DNA of 63,228 bases, counting the filler, from Reclinomonas americana ATCC 50394 (lineage: Eukaryota), in NCBI GenBank assembly GCA_048213135.1. It is 8 parts of 4 records of this genome, joined end to end, with 100 filler letters (N's around TTAATTAATTAA, not from the genome) between each part and the next. Parts side by side here need not be neighbours in the genome. Positions count along the whole stretch, not along the records: positions 9,096 to 38,269 come from PS015392.1; 7 more parts are not named here. One strand, written 5' to 3'. A program made the translations under genes and the position numbers. The notes below the pieces were generated by a model that worked only from the letters and a program-made list of their open reading frames with translations, was not told where the DNA came from and did no database searches. Below are positions 13,001-27,500 of the stretch, piece after piece (position 1 is the first letter of the stretch; every line of letters begins with the position of its first letter).

Positions 13001-16000
13001 CGTGCAGCAACGAGGTATCCAACACCGAGCCACGCAATTGTAGCTGTCGAAAGCAAGTCGCACGTAAAGCATCAGCTGGCAGGAGGGCAGGAAAAGACAC
13101 CGCACGTACCCGCAAACAAATCGGCTCACACAGCGAGTCGAATGCAATGTGCTCCTCGTGGTACGATACGCCATTGAAGCGAATGTTTTGCACCTCCACC
13201 AGCGTCTTCATCTCTGTGCACTTCGTGTGAGCAGGCGAGAGCGCATGAGTGTACGTGGCAGCCACACCAACGGAACCCTTGTCAGGCAGTGATGCGGCGG
13301 CAGCAGCTGTTGATGCGCTACCATGGCGACCTAGTAGGTGCATCCACGCGCATGAGTTCGCCCATACACCAGTCAGCATGAGGAGGACACACTCACCTGA
13401 TCGTTTCACCGACTGAATGCCGCGCAGCGCATCGACCGTGTCAATGCTGATGCTCATGACGTCGTTCTTGTCGCTCTCGTCGAGCACAAAGATCTCGGTG
13501 CCGCGCACGAGAATGTGGAACTCCAGAGCAGCTGCACACGCGTTGCTGTGTTTTAGTACGTGGCAACAAGAGCGCGATCGCCACACGTGAGAGACGAAAC
13601 GACTGGGCTTGCTCGTGGCCGTCTCCTCGTCCACCTCCGACGTTCCGACACCGTCAACATCAAACTCGGTGAAACGAGGTCTGTAGTAGTTTCTCTCTCG
13701 CCGTCAGTGACTGCTCCAACAAGGAAGGAACATGTGGACAAGCAGTCGGCGCTCACCGTGATGGTGGATCGTCCTCCGATGACATCTCATCATCAAAGTC
13801 CAATGCATTCAAGCGCTCGGCAACGGCGGCCGCCATTGGCGTGGCAGGCGCGTGCAGCTGATGCAGGGGTGATAGTGGATCGCGAGCAGTTGGGTCTTGA
13901 AGGCGCTCCAGGAACTTGCCGGGATCGTCGACGATCTTTTGCACGCGCAACATCAACCTGCAATCAACGTCGTGCGGTTGAATAAAACAGCCGGTAGTGA
14001 TTAACACGGTCGAAAAAGACGCACTGTGTGACAGCTTCCATGGGCGCCACATAAAAGTGGTTGTCGCGACTGAGCAAGAAGCGCCCGAGCTGCACCGCCA
14101 CCTCCCGCAGTCAGTCGAAACAGAAACAAACAACGCGAGTCCCCGGTCGCAAAGCACACTCACGCAACATGACCAATGTTGCTCGAATTGACACCCACGT
14201 GGATCGAGTGTGCACGCATAAACAGACGAACCGGCAGCACCTCCGGCGGTGCCTCGACCACAGACGACGATTCTCCTACTGCGTGGCATATCTGCTCTGA
14301 GAACAACTGTGCAGATGAGAAGAGATATTTTTTCTGCAGACCCACCTCGCGCCACATCCGACGTAGGCGGCGGCGGCGGCGGCGGCGGCAGGGGAATCTC
14401 CACACGCACGGCAATCATGGGCTCCACTTCAAGTGGCAATGTGTCGCGACTGATGATCATGGTGGTGGAGTCGCTTGCCGCTGGAAGCACACAGCACAAA
14501 GGTGAGCTCGTGAACGGACGGCAGTGGCACAAGATAGGCGGCGCACACACCAGAGGATTCGGTGAACCAGCTGTTTTGCCGATGGGAGGCACGGTCGTCG
14601 GTCATGCGCGAAAAGTAGCGCTCCAGGAAGCGGTGCTTGTTGGTGAGCAGCGCCGAGGCCGGCGACGGTGACTCAGGCGGGCAAAACACCTGTTTAATGG
14701 GGACAGCAGGCAGGGAAGTAAGTCGTACGGTCACTGCGTCCGGCAAGCCGGAGCGACATGCTCACCTCGACCGCCTGCAGCGTGGCCTTCAACACCATCA
14801 GCTGCTGCGCTGGCTGCACCTGCACGAGGACGTGTGTGTCGGACAGCTCGACGGATGAGAGCACTGCGGTGGTGCTGTGCAGTGCTGTGAAGGTATTCTG
14901 TCAGCAGTCAGGCCACCTTGTCGTCGAGCACAGCAACGCACATGTGGAGAGTGTGGGTTCGCGTATGTCCACGCTCTGCTCCAGGGCTACTTTGATGCGG
15001 TGCAACGTGAACAGCGCCAGCACACTGCAACATTCGCACGCTGCGAGATGAGTGTGGTGGCCAGCCACAACAACTCTGCTCAAGCACGCAACGGAGGGGC
15101 GATCGGTGGGGCGGCCGGCGGCGCGGTGGAACGTGGAGTGACTACCGGCGATCCTACCTCCGACTGCTGCTGTTGTTGTGCCTTCTGCTCCTTCTGCATC
15201 TTCAGGTACTGCTGCAGGAGCACTCGCACCACGTCGGGCGGCGAATCAAAGAACGCATGCGCAAACTCAAACACATGCAACAGCTGGTCTTGGCTGATGG
15301 AGAGCGCAATCTCCTCGACCCGCCCGTACGCCACAATGGCAGGCGCCGTGGCGTGCATTGGCTGACATCATAGGACAATCCACATCAGCAGCATGTGACA
15401 AGGAGACGAGCCGACACCCAAGAACACACCTCGAGGTTCATCAGTAGCTCCACATGCATGTTGAGCGGAGCCAAGATGCGCTCCGGCAGCGAAAAGTAGG
15501 AGCTCTTGACGTCGATCTCGAAGCCATGAATGTCGAACTTGAACATGCGAATGTAGGGGATGCGGTGGGCGTCGAGCCCCGTAAAGTCGCCGAATGTTGA
15601 CGGGAACCGCGGCGCATCTTCCTCTGCTCGTGCGGAGCTCGCAGAAGACGGCGAATTGGGAGAGAGTGGTGGCGACTGTGGTGGCGTCCGTGCAGACGCC
15701 AGATCCACCACTGATGAGCGCTCAAACACACTCCGCGCGCCCAGCACCTCAAACGTGTCGGGTGCATCCCAGTTGTTCGTAATCACGACTGCACGGCTTG
15801 TGTGAGTGACCAGCAACACCACCAGAGAGGAACGAGTGCATGGTGCACGCAACTCTTGTCAAAGTGCATGCGCAGGATAACGCCGCTCGGGAACGGAGCC
15901 GGAATGGAGATGGTGGGCGATACGACTTCCACACGCATGCGGAACGGATCCGACGGCAGCACGGGACCTTGAAAGTTGACGAGTTCCATTGGCGGCTTGA

Positions 16001-18584
16001 AATGGTTGGGAATGCACTCTGCCACGCCATGCAATGAATGAACAAGATAACGCACGTCGTAAGAAGGCTGGGGTGCACAAAGCAATAGTGACTCCTGCGT
16101 CGGATCGCACCTTGGAAGAAGACCATGAGCCCGGAGATGACATCGGGGTGGATGTAAATGGCCGAAGGCTGCAGTTTCATCTCGAGTTCGAGCACTGGCG
16201 TCGGCAGCGGTGGCACAGGCAAGCGACTGATGATCTTCATGCGCAGGAACATGCTCTTGTGGTCGCGCGACATGAGCGCCACCGCCTCGGACGGATAGGT
16301 CTCCGTGTCGGAGAATTGCGGCCACAGTCCTGTCGTGAGAGAGAGAGAGAGAGGTGAGTGAGGGACTCGGTTGTGCAATGGCAGCACGTGGAGTGTGCCG
16401 CACCAGCTCGATATTCCTGATTCAACCAATCGGAGCCTTCCGCTGGTGCAAAGATGTGCGAAAAGTCCTGGTGATAGCGCGCGCTGGGGAAGTTCTCCTT
16501 GACACTGATGAATGGCAACGAAACCTGCACAACGCGACGAGGACTCGTCAACACAAACTTGCAAATATCAAGATGAAAAGGCGAGAGCACGAGACCTGCA
16601 CTTGCGTGTGCGACATTGGTGCATCCTCCTTGAAGACGAGACTGACGCGAATGTCGCTCGACACCAACGAGTAGGAGCGACTGTCGGCATCACGGCTGCC
16701 GTCGCTCAACGGCGACGATGCTGCACGTGGTTGAGTGTCGTGTGTGAGCGTGACTGCATGAAAACAGACAAGGAGGATGCAGGCAGTGCGACGCGACTCA
16801 CCAATGTCGGAGACAGAGGCTCCGAATTTCGGCATCAGCTTGATGATCAACTGCGGCACAATCATGTTGATGACGACTAGCGGATGTGGCGGGACCGCCT
16901 GTGGCGATGCAGACGAGCCACTGGCTCCACTGCTTGAGCCACCAACAGCGATGCCGGGGTCGGTGGGGCCATCCATGCCCACTGGCTCATCGTCCTGCGC
17001 GCAACACAACAACAGCACGAACAGAGTGTGAGTATGCACACGCCACTGCCTACTCTCTGCTGTTGTTGTTGCTGCTGGTACACGCACATCAGTGTCCTCG
17101 CCCAGCTCCTTGGCCAGCTCCTCCAGCTGCTCCGACGCGTCGTCCTCTTCGCTGCCATCCGAGGTCGCCGGCGGCACACCGCTCACGGCCGCCGCTGTAA
17201 GCCTCAGTGACGATTCGGTTCGCGCAGCTGCGGTCTGCGAACTGGCCGGAGCGGGTACATCGTCGCGGAAGATGCAATAGACCAGCCCAGATACCTGCCG
17301 TGCCAGAGTCAGCGCGCACATGTTGGCTCTCTTGCGTGCAACCGCCAGCACTTACCGAGTGCAGCAGGGAGCGCAAGTCGAGAGATGTCACTTGAATGAT
17401 GAGATCATCCAACGTGATGTTGACGTACACAGCTGTCGGCGTGCCACCAAGTGCTTTCTTGGTGATTGACATCTGGCGCACAGTCGAGGGTGAGCACACA
17501 CCACACACTCAAGTGAGGTGACCGCGACACCACCACAGCACCTTCATCATGCAGCTGAGGTTGCGCAGAATGTATGACCGCTCGCCCACCGTCTGTGTGC
17601 CATACGAACGCGCCATCGTGAACAGGCTGATGGAGCGCACGATTCCCTTCTTGTAGACGGTGATCTCTGGCACTCGCTTGTTGTACTTGGGCAGAGCCTG
17701 GTTCAGTGGAACCACATTCCATTCCGAGTTGGTCGTGAACATGGCAATCTCATTCAGCTCGAGGCACAGCGCCGGTGGAGTCCTGCGACAGCAGCCGTAA
17801 ACAACAACAAAAGGCTGGAATGCACACGTCACAATTCACCAATCGCCTGTGGCCTCGGTGCGATACTGGCCGAGTGTGAACAGTCGAACGAGAATACTAT
17901 TGACCTCGAAGCGCAGTCCGTCACCGATCCGATCACCGAACCCGTACTTGGCCAGTTTTGGCGGCTTCTTTGGTGGCTTCTTACTGCACACACGTGTACA
18001 CAGGTGATTGGATGCGCAACGTCAGTCACCCTCCATGCGTAGGAAGCAGCCGGTAACGAAACGTCGGGAACAGATGCGACACAAGATCTGGAGCCTCGAC
18101 CAGCGTCTCCGGCTCCACCACATCCACGACGATCTGGTCAACGCAGATGGTGACGGGCTCGGAGCCGAGCTTGGTCACCGAACACTGCACGCATATCGCC
18201 GTGAGAAAGAGCGTGCGCGAGGAATGGATGGCTCTCACGAACCTTGACGTGCGCTCGATTGATGAATGCACGAGCCAGCTTGATCTGTGGCAGTCCCGTC
18301 AGCGAGTTGATGGCGTCCACGTTCAGCTCTGCATCTCACGTGTGAGTGATGAGGTGAACACAGGAGAGCGAGTGAGAGAGAGAGAGAGGAGAGAGTGATC
18401 GCACCAATGTTGGTCAACACGCCCTCGCCCTTCATCAACGACAGCGAGATCTGCTCTCGCGACCAGTTGACGATGAATGCCTTGAGGTACTTGGCAAAGA
18501 TCTACCGCACCCACTTGCGTCAGCCGTGCGCATGCATACTTGCAACAACACAGCGACACCCACCTTGCTGATGATCGCCTCCAT
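10043..18584 (-). CDS. BLTP3/UHRF1BP1-like bridge lipid-transfer protein (chorein-N) with a PH domain and C-terminal coiled coil
   Basis: N-terminus MEAIISK|IFAKYLKAFIVNWSREQISLSLMKGEGVLTNI|ELNVDAIN... resembles chorein-N of UHRF1BP1; PH-like segment (RTRYALVRRTTLYWY...PKGSLDL...FFASDEERSMWTQAL) at ~11990-12380; exon chain checked from the PH segment to the stop at 10043, middle region only partly checked. Confidence 0.7.
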
Positions 18585-19044
18585 GATTCAGACTCTCTTT
18601 CTCTCTCACACACTTACAGACACTCGCAGCGTGCAGAGACAGAGAGACAGCAAGCACAGAGACACCACCCCTGTGCGGGAATCCACATGATTGCAAGTGT
18701 GTGAGCAAATGGTTCCCGGCACATCGATGCCGTAATGCGATCACAATGCAGACTGACAACAAACCAGCGAGCAGCCAGTGAGCTCCTCTCCTCACCTCGC
18801 CTCTCCTCTCCTCTCCTCAGCACGCACACACGCACGCACAGACTTTTTTTTTGCCGGTCTTGGACAATTGACCGACTGTAGCGGATGAGTCACCTGTAAG
18901 CGAGCGCGCCGCTGAAGGCAGTTTTCACCTCCTCTCGCGCACGCAGACCGGACAAACACACGCTGGAACATCTCTCTCACGCTCGCTTGCTCTCTAGCTC
19001 TTGTTCTCCTTTGGCGTGTGAGCGTGCGACACGAGACAGCAGAG

Positions 19045-22000
19045 ATGTATCGAGCGTTTGTCGACAAGCTGGAGGTGCTGGAGCGCACCGTGATGGAGCA
19101 GGCAGAGTCGAGTTTTGACTCGTCGAAAGCGGCCGCTGAGGTCACCACACGCCCCTCGTCATCTTCCGCGAGCTCGCGCAAGGTGTGTGCGCGTGCGGGG
19201 CACTTCACGAGTGGCGTGTCGCTCACAAGGGGTGTTTTTCTTCATAATGATAATAGCTGGATTTCGACGCGTGGGATACGGACGACGGGCGCAAAGCGGC
19301 GCTGGGTCATGCGCATCGCACGCTCTTTGAGATGGGCAAGGAGCGCATACGGCATGCGTTTCGTGAGCTCATCGAGGAATACAAGGCGGTGACGGAGGCC
19401 GACCGAGAGTTGCACGGGGGCGGTGATGTCGAACAAGACGATCAGGTTCGAGCCGTTGCACACACACTGAAAGAGACGCGCTCTGTGCTAAACACAATTT
19501 GCTGGGTGTGCGCAGAACGAGTGCGAGCGCCTGAGGAGACTAGTCGTCACTCTGCAGCGCGACCTTGCAGTTACTTCACCGCCCCGGACACATCCAGCTC
19601 CTCGCACCTTTTTTTCACACTCCCCTCTCTGTCACCTGCGCAGGAGAAGCAACGTCGACTGCACGAGAACGGCGTGTACATTGAGGTGGCGAGGGCGAAG
19701 CTGGACCGCAAGAACAAGGTCATCATGTACATTCGACGGACACTCTTCCAGGAGGTGGTGCGACTGCGCGAGGAACTGTACAAGCAGAGCAAGGCCGGCG
19801 GCAACTACACGGTACGTAGAGCAAGGCGTTCGCGATCGCATGTGTGACCAGATGGGCTCACACACGCGACGGTGGCATGCAGAGCGAGTTCGAGAGCCTC
19901 TTCGACATGGCGATGTTGATGGACGAGATCTCGCAAGGCGACGGCCCGGACCGCGCCATGTCGCCCGAGGCCAACGCCAACCTGATCGAGAAGCTGAAGA
20001 AGCAAGCCGACGCCAACAACCAGGCCATGGAGCTCAAGTACTCGGTGCTGATGGAGGAGCTGAAGGAGGTATGCGCGAGGGTCGCTTGGCCACAGAGTGA
20101 CGGGAGTTGTCCTCACCTGACTGTGTGGTAGAAATACGAGCGGCAGCTGTCTGATCTGGCCGCCGACATGGGCGAGGAGATTGCTAACCTGCGTGCTGAT
20201 CGGGAGAATGCCGAGATTCAGGCCGACTTGCGCGTCCGCCAGGCCATCGAGGAGGTGGAGAACGAGCTGGAGCTCGTCAGGAGGTGCGCGTCCACATGCA
20301 CCGTGCGCACATCCATTGCCCTCCTCTCTCTCCCTCTCTCTCACACGTGTGCACAGAGATGCCATTGATCGCAGCAGCATGATGGAGGCGGAGATGGAGG
20401 CACTGCAAAAGCGCAACGACGCTCTGAACGCGGACCTCGATCAAGCCATGACCAACTTGGCCGGCTACGACGAGCTGCAGGAGAAGCTTCGGCAGGCCGA
20501 GGAGGAGTTGAATGAGCACCGAGAGAGTGCGCAGGGCCGGCGCGCCGAGTTGGCACTGGCCGAGACCAAGCTTGCGCAGGATCACGAACAACTGCAGGCC
20601 TCCTTCAGGACACTGCAGGCCACCCTCGACGACAAGGAAGCGACACTGGAGGAGCTCGAACGCAAATGCAACGAGCTCGACGTCAAACACTCCGAGTTGT
20701 CGTACGAGAACGAGCGGTGGACGGACTTGCGATCGTCGGTGGTGCTGGACGAGGCACAGAACCGATACATATGCCAGGAGCTGGTGGACTTGCGACGGCA
20801 GATCGCCGACCTGGAGCGCACACTGCGTGACGAAAAGACGCTGCGCAACAAGCAGGCCAAGAAAATCATGTCCAAGGCCAAGGCCACTGGCGAAGAGGAG
20901 AATGGCCGGCGCTCCTCCACTTCGTCGGTCACCTCACCCAACTCGAGAGTTGCGTCGATTGTGTCTCACCCGGTGCCGGTGCGATCTCTGTCGCCTCGCT
21001 CACCCTCGTTGCTGCGTAGGCCGGTACGCCAAGTGGCGCCTCTGCTGGTGGTGCTGTCACAGAGACGGACGACAAGGAGACACAGACACAGGAGGTGACG
21101 GTGGTCGACGGAGGCCGAGTGTCCACGCTGGAGACTGCCAACAGAACACTGGAGGCCACAAAGAAGGCTCTGGAGCAGCACGCATCGACACTGGAGGAGA
21201 AACTCAACAAGGCCACGGCCGATGTCAATCGTCTGCAGCGACGCTTGGTGCAGGTGTGTGTGTGTGGTGGCAAGCGATCGGGAGAGAGCGATGACGAGTG
21301 GTTGCTGACGACGATATGCATCCACAGGTCGGCGGCGAAGGAGAGCGCAAGTTCTTCTCCTCGCCGAGCTCCAAGGGCAGCCCGAAGAATGACACCTCCG
21401 CAGCCTCCGATCAGTACGCGGGCATGGAGGTGGCGCCACCCAACGACGAGCCCTTTGACGAGCGCGCGGCCTTCCGGCCGCGCAAGGGCTCGTCGCCAAA
21501 CAGTGTGCGTCAAGTCGACATTCACGGCCTCGGCAGCGACGACAGTGCCGGCATGTCGGACGACGCGGAAGAATCGAGTTCTCGCCAAGAGCGTCGCCGA
21601 AAGAAGCGGCAAAAGGCGACGGCATTCAGGTGAGCGAACAATTGTTGTACATTTTCCGGTTTTCGGCAGCAGCTGTTGACTGATATCATGACGCGCAGCA
21701 ATATGGATGTGTATGAGCGCATGATGCAACGCTCGGTCCAGTCGCGACAGCGCCTGGAGGAACAGCGCAGCCTGCACGCCGGCGAAGTCCGTCAGATGTG
21801 GGAGCGGCTGCTGGCGGTCACCGGCTACGGCAACCTCTCCGACGAGGTGCTGTCGCCCGAAATCGACAAGATGACGGTCGAGGCGCTCGAACTAGTCGGC
21901 AATGGCGGCTACGGCGGCCGCTCTGGATTCGCTGGTGGTGCCACGAGCAGTGGGACCGAGAGCGACGGTGAGTATCCGCGGAATCGGCCGTCGCTGCAGG

Positions 22001-24423
22001 AACTGCGCGCCATGTATCATCGCCACCTGGCCGAGGCGATGCGCTCGCGATCGGTGAGTGTTCGAAAGACAGTAAGCGGAGAAGGTGGGCCGACCAAATA
22101 TACTGACCACGGTGGGCGTGGGGGCAGCCGTCGTTTGCAGCTGCCTCCGAATCATTTTTGGCCGACCATGCGGGTGAGCGTGAATTCCTGCCGGCTAACT
22201 TGCGCGGCGTCCCCGGCGCCCCCGCCACCACCACCACCACGACTTCACAGTTGCTACTGGATGCATTGGCGACGAAGCGGTTGCTCGATAAGCAGACCGA
22301 GGAGGAGATGCGCAGAGAGTACGAGCGGGACCACGGTCAGTGGGCGTCTCGCTGTCGATGTGATGCATGTTGTGCGAGTGCTGACTGTCGCAATCCACAG
22401 CTCCGATGCCGCCACCGCTGTGGGGCACACGCACACCGCAGTCGGTGTACTCGCTGATGAGCTCCACCGGTCCCCTCAACACCAGCGAGTTGAGTCAGTT
22501 GGCGACGAGCTCGCTGAACCACTCGTTGCACATTAGCAGCATGGGCGGACCGTCCGGCAGTCGCGCCTCTTCGCCACCCTCTCGCCCACCCGCCACGCAC
22601 ACGCACATGGCCAGCAGTGGCTCTGCCAGTGGCACTGCGTCGCGCTCCACGTCACCCGTGCGACAGCCGGTGGTCACTGTGCAAAACATGCCGCTGATGG
22701 CGCGCGACGGGTCGAACCCCGTGGCCCAGATGCTGCTCGGTCGCCAGTTCACCCACGAGAGCATTCGCGACGACGACGACATGGTCATGGACGACGATGG
22801 TGAAGGCGACGCTGGCGGCATGCAACAGGCCATTACTGGCTCGCACTTCTCGCCCATGTCGGTCGGCAGCAATGCCAGTATTGCGGTCGCGGCCGGCACT
22901 GGTCACAGTGGTCCAGTCACCGAGTTTGCCGCGGCCGTGGAGGCCAGTCGAAGGAAGCAACGGCCGGCCACCGCTCCGCACCGCTCGGTCGCCTCAGCGG
23001 ATCTGCTCGAAATGGCGGCCAACGGCGGCGGTGGTGGTGGTGGTCCGATCATGACCGCGACGGCGGCACTCACGGCGGCTGGCGGTGTTTCTGGTGGTGG
23101 TGCCTCTGGCCTGGTCGATGCGGCGCTGGCGTTGCGCAAGCCTCGGCCGAGCACCGCGCAGTCGCTGCGCTCCGCCTCGTGGGCTCCGTACGGCGTCGTG
23201 TCATCGTCTTCCGGCGGCGCCGTGCAGGCCACCATTCCAGAGGGTGGTGCATCGCGCAGCACGGCCTCCGAGTCCGTCTCCAACTCGGTGGTGACGGCGA
23301 GTACCGGAACCGGCACAGCATGGAGGTAAGTTGGCGCAGCGGCGATGCTCGCGGGAAGCAGACTCCTCACTTTGTTCTCGCCACAGACGACCACAGAACG
23401 CTGTCGCCGGCGTCGGCAGCCTATCGCAGTCGTCCAGTTCGAACGACATGGCAGCCTCCATGCAGCTCGTGTCGGCCTCGCACGGCAAGTTCACTCGGCA
23501 GATGCGCGACTTGCTGAACATGCAAAAGGCCGAGCGGCATCGCCAGATGCCCGCCGTCCGCAACGCACGCACCGCCAACGCCTCATTGTTCCGTGGTCGC
23601 GCACTTGTCAGGTATGGTTTTCTTGATGCGCGCAGTCTGTCTTTGTTTCCGCTGATCTCGGCGGTGATGCAGACCACTGTCGGCCGGGAAGAGAGAGGAC
23701 GAGCCGGCAAGTGTTGCAGTACGACCGACCAGCTCGAAGAGCAACATGGACTGTTGCGTGCATCGCATCACTTGTGGCTGATATCTGTTTCTCTGAGATT
23801 TGCTGATCATTGCGATTGTGTGCATGCAGTGCACGCTGCTGGCCGCGGTCGGACACCCGTACTGCCACCAGCCGCAGACACTCCCACCAATCCAGCCGAC
23901 CTCTTGCGCCATCTGTTGCGTTCCTTCTCCTCCCCTCGGTGGCTGTTCGCCGTCTCACTCCCCCTTTCCCTTTCACAGCGAGGAGAACAGTCCGCCGAGT
24001 TCATTCACGCTGACGCTCCGCAAGAAGCTCGAGCGACTGGAAGAAGGCGAGCGACAGCGTGAGGGTTCCACCAAGCTGCTGGCCTCCGATTACCTTCGGC
24101 GTGTCGTCGACGGTGATGAGAGTGGATCCGCGGTCAATGGATCGCTGGAAACCAGCCTGCAAGCCGATGTCATCAACCAGTACCTGGCGCAGAGCGAATC
24201 CACCCCGGTGCCACATCCTGCTGGCCGACCCCAACGCTCACTGAGTGTGGGCGCCCCCACACGAGGCTCCTCGGCCCCCATAAAACGAAGCCCCGACTTG
24301 CGTGGTGAACCCTGCGAGCCGGTGGAGGGTGGCGGCGTCGGAGTAGGTGGCCTCGATGTCACCAGTCCCTCCTCTCGCTTCGTGAACCGCGTGCGCTACG
24401 CCTCGCGGCAGCACATAAAATGA
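19045..24423 (+). CDS. Large coiled-coil protein with low-complexity Ser/Ala/Gly C-terminus, unknown function
   Basis: Multi-exon heptad-rich ORFs (MYRAFVDKLEVLERTVMEQ..., IMYIRRTLFQEVVRLREELY, LQKRNDALNADLDQAM) joined by GT-AG introns; RPATA/RPSTA motifs. Confidence 0.65.
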
Positions 24424-24501
24424 ATGACTTGTACTTGATAATAATGCAAGAAAAACAGGCGCGCGTCCTTCCTGCCGTGTGTGTTCGAATTCATATCAGC
24501 A

Positions 24502-27500
24502 ATGTTGTCGCGCGTATTGCGTCGGGCGTTCAGTGATGCCGCGTTTGCGGCAAGTGTCTATGAGTTGCATTCATGCACACACGCACACACACACTCTCTC
24601 TCTCTTCTGCATTGTTCCCTCACACTGAGGTGCTATGCAGTCATCCGATGCGTCGCGCCCCCGGACCTCATCTCTCCAAACATGAGACGGCCGCGGTGAT
24701 TCTGCGCTATCCCGCCGTGCAGCGTGCCATGGAAGACGAGAGCAGACGCACTGGCAAGTCGCTGGCACAAGTGGAGAAGGAGTTGTGTGTGTGTGTGTGA
24801 TTGCGTGTGTGCATTCTTGTGCCTCATCATCACCCCGTCCTCGCAGATCGCGAGACGCACTGCTGTTCATGGTCGCTGAGCCACGCATGGCACACATTCG
24901 TGTCATCTTCTATGTGCTGGTGAGGAGATGTGTGTGTATGTGATGTGCGACTGGAGTGTGCGGACGGCTCACATGCTGCGGGAATCCACCAGCGCAAGGT
25001 CATTCGCCGCATGTTCTCCAGCATCCATGTCGATCGCGAGGGCGCCACGCAGGTGTGTGGCAGGCGAGAGGAGTGATGCGGAGAAAGAGAGAATGAGTTG
25101 TCTCACGCTGCTGGTAGATTCGTGCCGCACTCGAACGAGCCCCGATTGTGCTGCTGCCGACCCACAAGGTCAGTTGTCTGTCTCGTGGACTACGCTCCAC
25201 GCTGCCTGTTGTTGGCTCAAGTGACTCGCACAGGCGCACATGGACTATCTGATCATGCCTTGGACGCTGGTCACGGAGGCTGGCATCGAGTGTCCCGTGT
25301 GTNNNNNNNNNNNNNNNNNNNNNNNNNNNNNNNNNNNNNNNNNNNNNNNNNNNNNNNNNNNNNNNNNNNNNNNNNNNNNNNNNNNNNNNNNNNNNNNNNN
25401 NNNNNNNNNNNNNNNNNNNNNNNNNNNNNNNNNNNNNNNNNNNNNNNNNNNNNNNNNNNNNNNNNNNNNNNNNNNNNNNNNNNNNNNNNNNNNNNNNNNN
25501 NNNNNNNNNNNNNNNNNNNNNNNNNNNNNNNNNNNNNGCCGGTGGAGGTAGTTAAGCAGCGATGGGGGATGCGTCACTGCAGACTGATCGTTCCGTGCAG
25601 ACAATATGAAGCTGCCGATCCTCGACTACATGTTTACGCACTCGGGGGCGTATTGGATCCGACGCTCGTTCGGCGATGATCCGCTGTACAAGGCACTCTT
25701 CACAGGCTACGTGAACCAGCTGGTCGATCGAGGCCGTTTCGTGACAGTCGGCATGTGCCACCATTGAGATCCTGTGTGCTGATCTTTTTCCATCTTTGCA
25801 GATGTCACCGAGTTTTTCCCAGAAGGAGGGCGGAGTCGCAGTGGCAAGGTCTCTCTTTTCGTTGTCATTGTCGCGGATGATGGATGTCCATCTCAGTCGA
25901 ATGGGGTGCGTGCAGGTGTTGCGACCAAAGTTTGGCATGTTTGCCACGCTGGTGGACTTGGCGTTGAGCGGTCGAGTACCCGACATGTACATGTGCCCAG
26001 TGGCGATGCAGTATGAGGAGGTACCGAGACGTGCCTTGTGATTTGTGTNNNNNNNNNNNNNNNNNNNNNNNNNNNNNNNNNNNNNNNNNNNNNNNNNNNN
26101 NNNNNNNNNNNNNNNNNNNNNNNNNNNNNNNNNNNNNNNNNNNNNNNNNNNNNNNNNNNNNNNNNNNNNNNNNNNNNNNNNNNNNNNNNNNNNNNNNNNN
26201 NNNNNNNNNNNNNNNNNNNNNNNNNNNNNNNNNNNNNNNNNNNNNNNNNNNNNNNNNNNNNNNNNNNNNNNNNNNNNNNNNNNNNNNNNNNNNNNNNNNN
26301 NNNNNNNNNNNNNNNNNNNNNNNNNNNNNNNNNNNNNNNNNNNNNNNNNNNNNNNNNNNNNNNNNNNNNNNNNNNNNNNNNNNNNNNNNNNNNNNNNNNN
26401 NNNNNNNNNNNNNNNNNNNNNNNNNNNNNNNNNNNNNNNNNNNNNNNNNNNNNNNNNNNNNNNNNNNNNNNNNNNNNNNNNNNNNNNNNNNNNNNNNNNN
26501 NNNNNNNNNNNNNNNNNNNNNNNNNNNNNNNNNNNNNNNNNNNNNNNNNNNNNNNNNNNNNNNNNNNNNNNNNNNNNNNNNNNNNNNNNNNNNNNNNNNN
26601 NNNNNNNNNNNNNNNNNNNNNNNNNNNNNNNNNNNNNNNNNNNNNNNNNNNNNNNNNNNNNNNNNNNNNNNNNNNNNNNNNGCTGTCATCGTATGCACTC
26701 ATTCTCTCTGTAGTGTGCCGATGCGGAAACATATGCGCGAGAGAATGGCGGCGTGCCAAAGCCGAGTGAGACCATTACGTGCGTCGCAGATACCACCGAC
26801 GACATCGTGCATTTTTCTAATTGTCTCCTTGTTCACCACTGCAGTGGTCTGGCACAATCGTCGCTGGCCACCATTCAGCAAAACTACGGCAGCATGCATC
26901 TGCGCTTCGGCAGACCGTTTCTGCTCCTGGAGTTTGTCAAGAGCGAGGCCGATCGACGAGGTCTCGACCTGCAAGGCAGCATGGAGGACCGTGCACACGC
27001 AGTTTCGCGTTTTCCTGTTGCTTGTGAAATGAGAGCATCGTTCACTCGCTCACTCGCGCACCCTCGGCCAGGTTCGCACGCTGGCGTATCGTGTGGCCGC
27101 CGACATGAATGCACAGCTGACTGTGTTTGCCACCGGCATGGTGGCGGCGATTGTGCTGACTGACTCTGCACGAGCCATCGATGTGCCGATCTTGCAGGAG
27201 CGAGTGCAGCATGTGGCGCGTGAAATCAGCAAGCGTGGCGGGTGCGCTTGAATGCGTCACCATCATCAGCATCACTCCAAACTCATCACTGTGCGTGCTC
27301 ATGCAGACATTTGGCAATGCCCATCGATGCCGTGCTCGGTGGCAAGAAGGGTATCATCGCCTCCACCATCAAGAGACTGAAGCGTGACTTTGTGAAGAGC
27401 CTGCGGCGACGCGGTGTGGTGAGACTAACTCAGGATGTGTGGGCCACGTTACGTGTGTGTGTATGCTTTGCTTGTCGCTCGTCTCCCCGCGAGAAACTCA

